Shown here: piece after piece, positions 23,501 through 34,160 of the stretch
Position numbering within the stretch: position 1 is the stretch's first letter
Layout: the number at the start of each line of letters is the position of its first letter
Assembly (NCBI GenBank): GCA_002633005.1
Contig: NMRA01000038.1
Span: 705,329-769,328, forward strand
Direction: 5' to 3'
From: Phoronis australis
Taxonomy: Eukaryota > Animalia > Phoronida
Length of the DNA: 64,000 nucleotides
Notes under the pieces: generated by a model
Told to the model about the DNA's origin: nothing
Databases searched by the model: none
The model's input: the letters and a program-made list of their open reading frames with translations, nothing else
Translations under genes and position numbers: made by a program

Positions 23501-26500
23501 GACAAAGAAGAAAAACAAGCTGCAACAGCACCCACAACATACACCTGAGACAGCAGGAGCCCTGAATTTGAGAAGGCAGCCCGCATCGACAGTCATCCTA
23601 TGCATGCTAAAGCCCTGGATATTTGAATAGTTACTGTACTTATAAATGTATACCCTATAGAATGGCAAGCTAAGTGAAGAACAATAGAAGCGCTCCGAAT
23701 GAAACATTGAGTTTGAGCACAAGCCATTGATTACAAGCCTGATTCGGTTGCTACCAGATATTTAGCAATGGCACAAAGAAAACGTTGAATCAATTTAAAG
23801 GTCGTTATTGCAAGAGATAACTAGCTGAAGAAAATATTCAAATAGGAACTAAAACTTAAAAATGCAATTAAATAAACAGATAGCTGAATAGGGAATCTGA
23901 AACACCAGATTAACATGATATGCATATAAAAGTACTGGTATAAAATTACAAAATGACACTGATATTTTATGCAAACGCATTTAATACAAAAATATTTTAA
24001 CACCGCCTAAAATATTAACCCAATTCCGCACAATCTGACGACTACCTAAACTAAGTAACCATACGCTTGTCAATATTCTTGACTCGTATTCCTAACGTAT
24101 TGATAACAGAAGCAAGAAGCAAGTGTATTTCTCAATCATCAAATCAACGAAGGATTAGACTAAAACACTCAATACTTGAACATCACGCAAAATATACAAT
24201 CATTCTTTTACCTGGTTCTGGTGAGAAACTGACCGGGAAGGCTGACTGAAATACAACAATAGAGAAACATGGCAGTTAATGGTGGCTGAAAGAACAAAGC
24301 TAGAAATTACATGTGTCAAGACAGGATGAAATGAGACAATGTAGAAACTGGTAAAAACATAAAAAAGAAAGGGGCATTTCACTGTCATACAATCGGCCTT
24401 ATAACATTTCTTATCGTGATAGAATTCTGTTTCCGTTACCAACAAGAACATCAAAACCGTCAGTGACTCAGAAAAAATTTCAGCGTTTATTGGAGCTGGC
24501 CAACTCAAAAAATTGGGAAGTCGAAAATAACGCGTTGCTTTTGACTCGAGTTGACAATGGAAAAGGAATTCAGAAATCTGGTAAAGAATTGATTTTATGA
24601 GTGTAAAAACCTATGAACTTGATTTTTTATTTTTGTTTTAAGCCAGCTAAATAGTGCAAAATGCAGTTTTATGTTCAGAACTGTTGTAGCTACTGAACTT
24701 TTTTGTTTTAGTCTCTATATTTCATGGTTTTAAAACACCCAGATTATAAAATTTTATTCCGAAATGTTAAAACCGTGAAAGCGTTTTACATAATTACAGC
24801 GTGGTTTTCCTGTACTCGAAATCCCCGACAGACCTATTTTTGAAAATCCTTATTTCGGTTCACGCTTAATTAAGGATGGAACTCATTCTCTGTTTTAGCA
24901 GAATGATAGCTTCACGAGTAGGTTCACCAGGGCAAACGTGATTATTATCCCAGCTTGAACTTTGTGATTTCGGCTTAACTTAATTATTGTTGGGTGGCAC
25001 TTAAAGACGTGAATCAAAACCAGTGTAATCATTATGTCAAGTAATTTGTTCATTTATTGTTAATTAGCTTCTTCCAACGACCCTTTTCACCAAATGTGAA
25101 AATAAAATGGTAACTGTTAGCTTCTTGGCATTTTAAATTGTTCAAATTAAAGATGCATTTTGCCCGTTTAGCTGACTGAAAACTAAACCAAATTTGTGTT
25201 TTACTCTCATGAAACCAGTCTCGTAATTTTCCTTTTTATTCATCATAAGACGAGGGCGAACGAGATAAAATACAATGAATAACGAACAATAGACAAATTA
25301 AAATTAAATTATTATGCTCTGGTCAGGAGTGTCAGAAGACAAAATTCAGCCGAAGTCGGATTACAGATATTATTCGAGCGAAGGAGAAGTCTGAGAGAGT
25401 CCACAATACCACTATTACATTCCTTTTCATGATGGGATTTTATGTCCGTTACCAAAAAGAACGTCAAAACCAACATCGACCCGAGAAAACGTTTCAGAGT
25501 TTAATGGAGTTGACCAATCCTAAAATTAGAAATTTGAAAACGGTGCTTGTACGCACTGCCTGCAGCTTGAGTGGCTCATTTTATAACAATCAAGATCGGA
25601 TGAGCGTGGTAATATTTTTCAAAAGAAAATTTAAGAGGCATTATCTGAGAAAACCTGCAAAATTGCAAAATGTTTGCGGAGGCACTTTCATCAATTAAGT
25701 TGATACTTTGAACACCAATTTGTACTCACATATGAATAAATAAATCACGTCTGTTTTTTTTATCTGAAGTCATTCTATAAAAAAATAATAAATAGCCTCC
25801 GTCGTGTTTTTTTTCACACACAGGACAAGAATGTCCAAAAAGACAAAAAGAATGCCAACACTCACAGAGCTGGAAGCCAGTTTGTGACTTTAAATGATCA
25901 TAATTAGTAGAATTGAAGCCATTGCTGTGCTTGAGAATTGATTTCGTTGAGCATCTGTGTGAACTTGTATTTCATCTCGACTTTTTGTTGACGCACTAAA
26001 ATTGACTGAACGTCACTTCAGTTAGGCCTTGGTTAGGCTTAGTAAATCCCGAGGTTTTCCGATAGTAGTCCAATTATGAAAAAATGGTTCCAAATTATAT
26101 TTAAAAATGGTTTCTTAGTACAGAAAAAAATTTATTATTCTCCGTAATACTATTTGAACTTTGGGATAATTCATCCTTTTTTGACAATCCGACTTTATTC
26201 GGAGGCACTTTCGCATAATTGCCTTGGCAATTATCAGCGAAGGTCGATGTCACGTGACATAACGAAACTCATAAAATTGCGTATTTTAACAGAAACAGCG
26301 CATAAAATTACAATTTGTCTCTGTATCATTCTTCATAATGAATTATAGGTAGAAAAAAATTGTATTTGAATAAAATACAAAGAGTTTAACTGAACTTACA
26401 ACAAGAATTCTAGTTTTGAGAGTACAAGGGAAGGAAGACACAAGAATGGCGACCCTTGTGCGGACGTGTTGTTCATTCTCAACCAAATCCACAGTAAATT

Positions 26501-29500
26501 GTTCTGAAGTCGGGGGTGAAAAGAATCTGACGAGTGTTATGAGCTGTGACAGAAATATTTTCAAATATCTGCGGTACATAAACATATCGGAGGACGTAAT
26601 GGAGTGGAAACTTCTGTTGAACACAGCTGGATTTGACGAGGGCTCGGCTGCTGAACTGACGATGTGTCCCCTTCATAGGAACAAGTTTGGTGTAGAGTTC
26701 TTCCCATCTAAATTATGTGCCTACCTAGATCATGGAGAGAAGAATAAGAGGCGTCCTAAAGCTCCGAGAGGTTGAATTAAGCTGTGTTGGATCAGGTATG
26801 CATTGTTTAATTCTGCCTTCTAAATTAACCTGATAACCAGCATCATTTTTTGGTAGTTTGAATTTATTTTTTTCTTAAGGCAAATGTCTTTTCTTATAGT
26901 ACACTTAAAAAAAGAACCTGTGCATTACCACAGGCGACCCTCAGCTTCTGATGGTCCCCAATACACTACATATAACACTACAAGGTATGACACTCGGGTC
27001 TAGAAATTCCACGGGTGCTTCGATTCAGCCATCTACATCAAACACATAACTCAATAAATTTACATAAAACAGGGGTTCAACAAACCATGAGCAATTGTTC
27101 TTTCTTATAATAACTTTCACGGTGTCTTGCTCCACAGCAAGTTTGCTAGAAATTCGCAGTCAAAGCAGAAAAAATGTTCCCAAAAGGCCCAAACACACGT
27201 CGCACTTTGACAGTTTGAGATCAAGGACGGTACGGAAATTGCCGGTTTGTCGCGTTAAGTCACGATCTACACTTAGTCGTCCATCCGTAACTCATCGGTA
27301 ATTTCGTTTACATGGATGCACCTAAAGTCAGTGTCAGGACTTCACAGCGCAGACATGAAACCTCGTTCCTGATACTGTACTTAGGTAATCGCGAATGGAG
27401 CATTTGCAGTGCGTGTGTGTAGTTGAGAAATCAAGTGCAAGAAAGTTTTCTAAATGTCAATTCATATCACCGGATGAACCGCAATCTCCCTCCTGTTGAG
27501 GTGTTTTACCCTAATTTTTTTCAGATGATTACAAGCAAATGGCTGAGGAAGTATTTGGATTTTCAACATTAGGGGAAGGTTGGACATTGAAATCGGTCAA
27601 AAAGCCCCAAGAATGTCCGAAGGTGTGAGGGATTTCCTTACAAATATGTTTAACGATGGCGAGAAAAGTGGCCAAAAAGCAGACCCAGGACAGTGTGTTC
27701 AGTTCATCAGATCGAAGTTTCCTTCCAATGAGTGGCGTACAGCCAAACAGATATATATAGATTATTACATGGCGAAGTCGTTATCCCCCGTTATCTAGAG
27801 CCCGAGTGGATTTTGGAAAATTATAATTCTCCAAAATCCACGAGGGCTCTAGATAAGGGGGATAACGACTGAGAACATGTAGTAATCTATTTATACCACA
27901 CACTGAACGAGAAACATTGCAATGAATCGATCTACCTTTCTCGACTCGCCTCGGCTTTGTAACTACTTTCTATGTCAGAGGCCCGGGGTCGGAGGTCGTG
28001 ACCTTTTAAGAAAATCCGAGCTATTTTTGTCAAATAATGCTTATACTCAAAACCATTTGAAAATTTAAACAAAATAAAAATAAAGTGAATCTATAAATCA
28101 AGGTTTAGCAACTATTATAGCTTACTACACATTTTATCACGCTAAGCTTCGACCGGAAAAATATCGTCTGCTAAAGTAGGTTACCAATAGTAACTGAGTA
28201 TAATGCTCAAGTCAAAGGATCCCAACGACACGATACCCGCATTCAAATTGGAGATCGGTGATTTACAAGTGAGAGAACACGAGAGAAAAAATTTCACTGA
28301 ATTAAAATATCGTTTTTATGGAAATTATGCGTTTTATTTTTCATAACGTATAAATGTCGGTGCAATGCCCTTTGCTGAACATGCGATTGTTGCGCGTGCT
28401 CATTTAAGTATTCTATTTTCACATCCGATGACGTCAGCCGCTGAGTGGTGTAGTGGTAAAGTCGGCGACTCGAAACACTAGAGGCCCGGGTTCGAATCCG
28501 GCCTCGGTTTCCCGCCAAAATGTTTTCTCACTAGTGAGTTAACTTTGTGGGTTATTACACGGTTGTATCTGCCATTCGAGGCTAATACTGTGGTATAACT
28601 AGCCTTTTTCCACGACTTGTACTTCAAATAAAACGCAAAGCAGTTTTTGAAGATGACGACGAATATGATGTTGCAAATGGTCGACGTATCTGGGAGGAGG
28701 TAATTAGGGACGCAGTATTTCATGAAGTAGGGGTAATGCACCCGATTATGTATGGAGAAAAAAACTTGTGTGAGACGGTGAGGTCAAAAAGTTGGGCAAT
28801 CTGAAAATTGTGAATTTGAAAGAAATTTGTAAGCTGCTGAACATAGACATTAAGCTTTGTAAGTGTAAATCTGAATATTTGAATACTGTTATAGGTTACT
28901 TAAAGATGTGCGCTTGCCATGCTGATGTCTAGAATAGATTTTTTAAAGGATATATGTGTTCACCCCTTCATCAGCGGGTGCTGACCGGCGGAAGTTGGGG
29001 GTGTGGGTAGGCATTGTTGTGTTTGTAGGAATTTGAAATTGGTGGTCACCTATGCCATTGTATTTCCAAGCTACTTGATTAGGACTCAAACCTATTGAAA
29101 TATATTCCAGTTGCAATGCTTAGTCTCATCACAGTGGCTTACTTCTGTTGTTGAACCCTTGAAAGAGTCGATGTCTTTCTGAGAGTTTTATGGTTTTCTA
29201 TAAATGCTGAAAGGTGTAAACTGCTGGTGATACGAGTGGAGTGATTTTACATGATTTAGGGTGTGCCACTCTTAAACGCTTCCAGTCGGTGGAACCAATA
29301 TTGGTGCATTTTTTACCTAGTTTACCATTGCCTTGAAAACCCTTGTTGCATAATATTAGTCTCGTTTATTCTGTTCTGTTGGTGGATGACACAAAATAAG
29401 GTTATTTTATGGAGTTTTGATTGATTTACATAGATTTCTGTGCGTCTTTGATTTGACTTCCTGTGTGTTGGAAATGATTTGCTTTAGTTTGTTTTTTGGA

Positions 29501-32500
29501 TTTTGATCCAAATTTTGTTTCACACAGTACATAGTTTTCTATGTAACATTGAGCTGACTTCAAGAGAACTCTGTCAGACTCAGCTAAACTTGGATAAACT
29601 TTCTCCAAAATTATTTGACAGATTAGTGAAACTTCTGTGTCCATGAAATATAGAAATTTTGTCAGCTTTATGTGAAGTTATTGCACCTGGGTGTAGCCTT
29701 TCTAGATAAGATATTATGTATACATTATCTAGTACTTCATGATGGTGCAACGCTGAAGTATTCCTGTTTTCATCTAATTTATGGTTGAAAGTATGGGTTT
29801 TAGAAGCTAGTTATGTATTTTTACTTTACTTGAAGATCATAATACTCTAATAGACATTCGAGTTCATTTGCATAAGAATGATTTTTTTATTTATTATTTG
29901 CATTCATTGTCTTTAGATTCTTGCAGTTTAATGACCTCTTTTCATAAAATCGCACGCTCTGACCAGAGTTAGATGTTGTTCTATTAAGGACATAATGACT
30001 AATAGACAGACAATCCACAAGTAAAACAATGATATGCGTAACTGGACCATGTTTCATGGTACGAAGGTCACCAAAGACTATTTAACATGTGAGGAAACGT
30101 ATTGTTTCTGTTCTGTCGTCACAATTCTAAATTACGTTGAATTTTCCTTTGTAACTCCATTTCAATAATGAAGTGAGAGTTATTGCAAAATAAACACACC
30201 GTCATGTTTGCTCGATACCAATATTAAGAAACCTTTTCAACATTAATTTTATTACAAAACCATTGCCCATTACTGAACTTAGAAACTCATAATGGTCGGC
30301 ATGTACTGTTATTTTCTGCCCAGTGAAACTGGAAAACAAAAAGGATGGTAGAAAATTATAATCTGACGTGAGATGAAAAACTCAAATGTTTCAGGCATTA
30401 AAGTCATAAGCGGATTTTTTTTTGGGGGGGGCAGGGGGGCCACACCCCCTTTGGCTGGTGCAAGGAAAATTAAACAGCGGCAGCGTGAAGAAATTGAGTG
30501 CACCAATTTTGAATGGCAGTCGGGGGGTAGAGCCCGGCGGAACCGTGTTACTAGTCCGATAGAATTTGGGTACAGCAGGGTTCACATCGCCAGCCCCCGC
30601 AACTTCTTTTCGGGCCGCCTGTGCATACGATTGCGCCCAATTCTCCAAGGCAACATCTTGCCCCCCCTTATGGTATTTTGGACGCGCCACTGAAAGTAAC
30701 CTCAGTTTAAAAAATAATGTGGAGTTCCTGTTGATGTGCAATAGTGATTATAAATTAAGGTGTTCTATAAAATTGAAATCGAAAGCACATTGTTCTTGGT
30801 GGCGTGCAGCTTTGAATTGACATTGACGATTCTTATTGTGGGTACTCCAGTGTCTTACTATTAAATAAGAATAAACTTTGGTGCGATTTTTGGGGGTTGT
30901 GCATATATGGTATACAATGATTTAACTTTTCACAGACCACTTTTTCAAAGTCGGCGGCTTTTTCAAAACTGTCTGTAGATTACATTACTTGTGTAACTGA
31001 ATCTTCTGCATAGAAAGTGAATATTCTACATTCGAAAACTTGCACTGAAGTGTGTTACACATTCCTTGATATTTGGGTATTTTTGTAAAGAAATATTTGT
31101 ATTTTGCACACGTTGTGGCAACAAATCTAATTGGCAAAAATATGCCCCCCCTCCCCTTTAGCAATTTTATTCTTTTGCCAATTTTGTACTGAATATTGTC
31201 AAAAATTCTACTCCATTATCCAAAAGGCGTATATCAAAACGTCACCTTGACTGCCCGTTGGCTTTTGTTTAGCCGCAGCTGGCTTTGTACCAAGGCTAGC
31301 TTTTGTTAAGCCCGTGCTACGTCGACTTATGAGGGAATCACCGTACACGACCCAGTTCTTGAAATGATAGCCAGTTGAAACAGTGAATACTAGAAATTGC
31401 TTAATACACTACCAAACTAGCAAGAATTTCAAACACAATCGCAACTTTCGTCGATTGACTAGGAAATCGAGTCTGGCGGCGCCTGCTAATGATTACTAAA
31501 CACTGCTTAATGCTATTGTATTTACAGCAACCGATTTTACGCGAAGTAAAAACAACAACTTACCATAGTTCTACTAATTATTAAATAAATACCATGTATC
31601 CGTACATAAATAAGAGCCAAATTTCGAAGGAAATCGCTGTACAAACAGACGCTATCGACTTTTCGGGTTTTGGTAAACTGTTCAATTTTACCTCCAGTGC
31701 TGCAGAACTTCATAGAATTGCCCAAAATTCTGCGTATTAGGCGGCATTGCACAGGAGCTGTGAAAAAACTCAAATTTGACGATGGAATATTTTTATTTCA
31801 CCTTAGTTTGGTAGAAGAAAATATCTCACTTTAAATAGATAGGAACCACTTTTTAATAAAAGCCTTTTGAAATTCCACACTTACTACCCATTTCCCTATT
31901 GGAATACATGGGAATATTGGATGTGCTGGAATCCATACAAAAACATTTTTTGGATTTTTAAAATAACTTTTTACTTTATTATTTGATATCCATAATAAAA
32001 CCCCATTGTCAAAATCCATGCATTTTAACTTGCCTCCGCCGACATCTGCAGGTTTTCTCAGATAATGCCTCTTAAACCTCAAAACGTTTCGGCTAAGAAT
32101 TTAACTTCTACAGCAACAACGCGTCACTCAACGGTTCAGAACATAACATTTAATAATCAACAGATCTAAGCCTGCGTCATTTAAAGCAACCCATATTAAA
32201 TCCAAGTAACCATGTGAAAGGCGCTAAAGTGAGCGGACATTTTTTTACCTCAACATAAATCTTGGTATCTTCTGGCGGTAGTTCGTCGACACTGCAATTT
32301 TTAGCGAAGTAATGAGTGCAGGTAATGGTTTCGACGTCAAAATCAAAAGTCGTGCAATCGCGTTGAGCATGACACAACATGCAGCAGTCAGGTAAGTCTC
32401 CCGCGTTCACGAATTCATGCCTCATGAAATTGGTGTTCAGGTGCATGTAATTCCTGTGGAATTGGACCTTTGACTGTACGCATTGTGAAAGGAATGCAGT

Positions 32501-32545
32501 CCCTGAGAAAACGACCACTGCAATAAATGTCCTGCGCATCGACAT
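17376..32545 (-). CDS. Gene C: secreted PAN/apple + F-type lectin protein, 4 exons (32545-32249, 24245-24212, 19274-19062, 17590-17376), 252 aa; recent paralog of B with TE-expanded introns
   Basis: Exons open and splice sites intact; intron flanks highly similar to gene B outside the insertions. Confidence 0.8.
17795..18812. mobile_element. Rearranged Penelope-like retroelement fragment (RT + GIY-YIG endonuclease)
   Basis: Minus strand: WLRYVDDTFV and PKD...GVIYQLICD. Plus strand: VSPIIAGIYMEEFE, YIGESKR...RFKEH, KEAINI...LNRDRG. Frameshifted. Confidence 0.85.
19062..19274 (-). CDS. Gene C exon 3 (FTLD N-half)
   Basis: attgcag|TA acceptor, G|gtaaga donor; 213 nt. Confidence 0.85.
19460..19996. 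mobile_element. Non-autonomous TTAA-type TIR element, paralogous to 9717-10267
   Basis: ttaaagttatgcagg...cctacataacctt at the same intronic position as in gene B. Confidence 0.65.
20286..24069 (-). mobile_element. Degenerate L1/Tx1-like LINE (APE endonuclease + RT ORF2 relic)
   Basis: SLNCQGL...YCLQDTH, ARLDFF, SDH (endonuclease); GCRQGDPLSPYIF, QYADDT (RT); C-terminal CTFC..H..C; AATAAA + poly(A) at about 20286-20310; TSD TCAATATT (20278-20285 / 24070-24077); empty site in gene B. Confidence 0.92.
24212..24245 (-). CDS. Gene C exon 2, 34-nt micro-exon (SAFPVSFSPEP)
   Basis: ttgtatttcag acceptor, CAG|gtaaaa donor. Confidence 0.8.
27754..28597. mobile_element. Nested non-autonomous element with terminal about 135-bp palindrome and internal tRNA-like sequence
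   Basis: Hairpin 27757-27890; ttataccaca/tgtggtataa inverted pair; removing it rejoins the host reading frame (AKQI|TSLF). Confidence 0.65.
28440..28510 (+). pseudogene. tRNA-like sequence (Pol III A/B boxes), not a canonical tRNA
   Basis: A-box TGGTGTAGTGG, B-box GGTTCGAATCC, partial acceptor stem GCTGAG/CTCGGT, poorly paired anticodon arm. Confidence 0.6.
30405..30692. mobile_element. MITE with 5-bp TSD AAAGT, inverted relative of 8288-8604
   Basis: aaagt|cataagcggatt...gcgccactg|aaagt. Confidence 0.75.
32249..32545 (-). CDS. Gene C exon 1 (signal peptide + PAN/apple-like domain)
   Basis: MSMRRTFIAVVVFSGTAFLS..., DCCMLCHAQRDC; GAG|gtaaaa donor; 297 nt. Confidence 0.8.
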
Positions 32546-33704
32546 GTTCGTTTGCGGGCTACGTAAACCAGCTAGCTCCTCGTGTCAATGACAGAGTACA
32601 AATACACGCACGCGCTCATTATAAGAAAATGGAAAACAATTCAAGCAAATGAAATCTCACGCAATGTGGCTCAAAATCAATACATTTCAAACGAGCAAAA
32701 AGGCCCCATATAATTAGTGGGTTTTTAGTAACAAAATTTTGAGGATGGTGTTGATTCAGACGTCACTTGAGCTACTTTATACTGAAATTTTATTAATTAA
32801 CTACGTCAATCGAAAATCAATGTTCTTGCAATGCATCCTCGTCACCTTGAAAGAATTATAAATACATCAAAATAATTGGATAACAAGCAAATTACTCACA
32901 AGAATTAAAAAAATTCTCACGTGACCTGGAATGTGTTACGACATTACTGAGTACCGAGTACGTAATTTTTGATATTACATGGGCGAATCACTAAGTATCG
33001 CAGAGTAGAAATCCATACGCCTTACATTTTATCGTCTGCAAAAACACTAATACCAACAACTAAACAGTGCCAGAATTCAGTGAAGAAGACAAGGTCATGG
33101 TTGAAATACTGGTGTCACGACTATAATTACTGTACACTATACACGGTAAAAAAGATGAGACAGGTTTTTCTTTTAACATTCATGAAGACAAACTAACAAA
33201 ATTAGCTGAATGTGAAAAATGTCTTGAGTGTAACAACCGGCGGGTCACGCCGGTTCCTCGACTACGACCTTAACCAAGTCATTGAAACACATGCACGTAC
33301 TCCCAATCGGAAGAACATGCAAACAACTTAACGGAGCCATATCCACGTTCATTCTGACGTAGACGAACCCCAACGAAGCCCCAACTCGACATATCACGCT
33401 GTGAGACCGACTAGCAGTGCTGTCTCAAGAAGCCCTGCTGACTGCGTTATTCACAAACATTTTTTAAGTTTAAATGTTATAACTTCAAAGAGAATTTATT
33501 AGATTCTAATTTCAACATTTACTACGAAAGCTAAATGCAATTTACAGTTGTCAAGTTTAAAATAAAATTATTAACAAAAGGCAACTAAATTTAATTTGCA
33601 ATGCGCAAGCGTGTTTTTAAAAATTTACGTCATGTGGTTGAAGGTTCTAGATATGTCGAGTTTTTCAGAAAAAGGATCTTTTTTACGGTTCATGAGAGAA
33701 AACA

Positions 33705-33843
33705 AATCCTACACTCGTCTTAAGTTGATGACATGGGCAAAACGTCTTGAAATTTCGTCAAAATCCCTCGGCAAGCCTCTTGATTTTGACGAAATTTCCA
33801 AGAGGTTTTGCCCATGTCATAAACCTGAGACGAGTGTAGGATT
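33705..33843. repeat. Long imperfect palindrome (about 60-bp arms) just downstream of the gene D stop
   Basis: aatcctacactcgtct...aatttcgtcaaaatc / gattttgacgaaatt...agacgagtgtaggatt. Confidence 0.85.
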
Positions 33844-33942
33844 CTCAACAAAGTACATTCGTTTCTAAATATATCAAACGTTTCCAACTGTTCATGTTGG
33901 AGATGTTACTCGTCCATAATCTACACTCTGTATATTAGTCTT

Positions 33943-34160
33943 TCAATTGACTACTACTTCGCAAAGAATTAAAACGTCTTTTGAAGTGCTGCTTATCTGA
34001 ATGGTTAGATATCTTCCGTGAACGAGGCGATCACACCAGATGGTTTTAGTCAACTCAATTGTCCCAAATGGTCCCTGATGGAAGGTGCAAAGCTCACTAG
34101 AGTGTGCTGTGTTTGATGAGTTGGACACCTTGATAGAAAAGTCGTGTAGTCTGTCTTTAC
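33943..34160 (-). CDS. Gene D exon 4 (FTLD C-half)
   Basis: ttcccaag|GT acceptor homologous to paralogs; DRLHDFSIKV...HGRYLTIQI...LCEVVVN*. Confidence 0.8.

Larger units (their letters stand above)
25635..32071 (+). mobile_element. Defective 6.4-kb DNA transposon with GAG termini and TTAA TSD (Sola-like)
   Basis: Perfect 25-bp TIR GAGGCATTATCTGAGAAAACCTGCA (25635-25659 / 32047-32071) flanked by TTAA; absent from gene B intron; internal coding relics at 26446-26775 and 27580-27753. Confidence 0.8.

Noticed and set aside
28440-28510. Functional tRNA gene
   Set aside because: Anticodon stem does not pair well and it lies inside a nested repeat.
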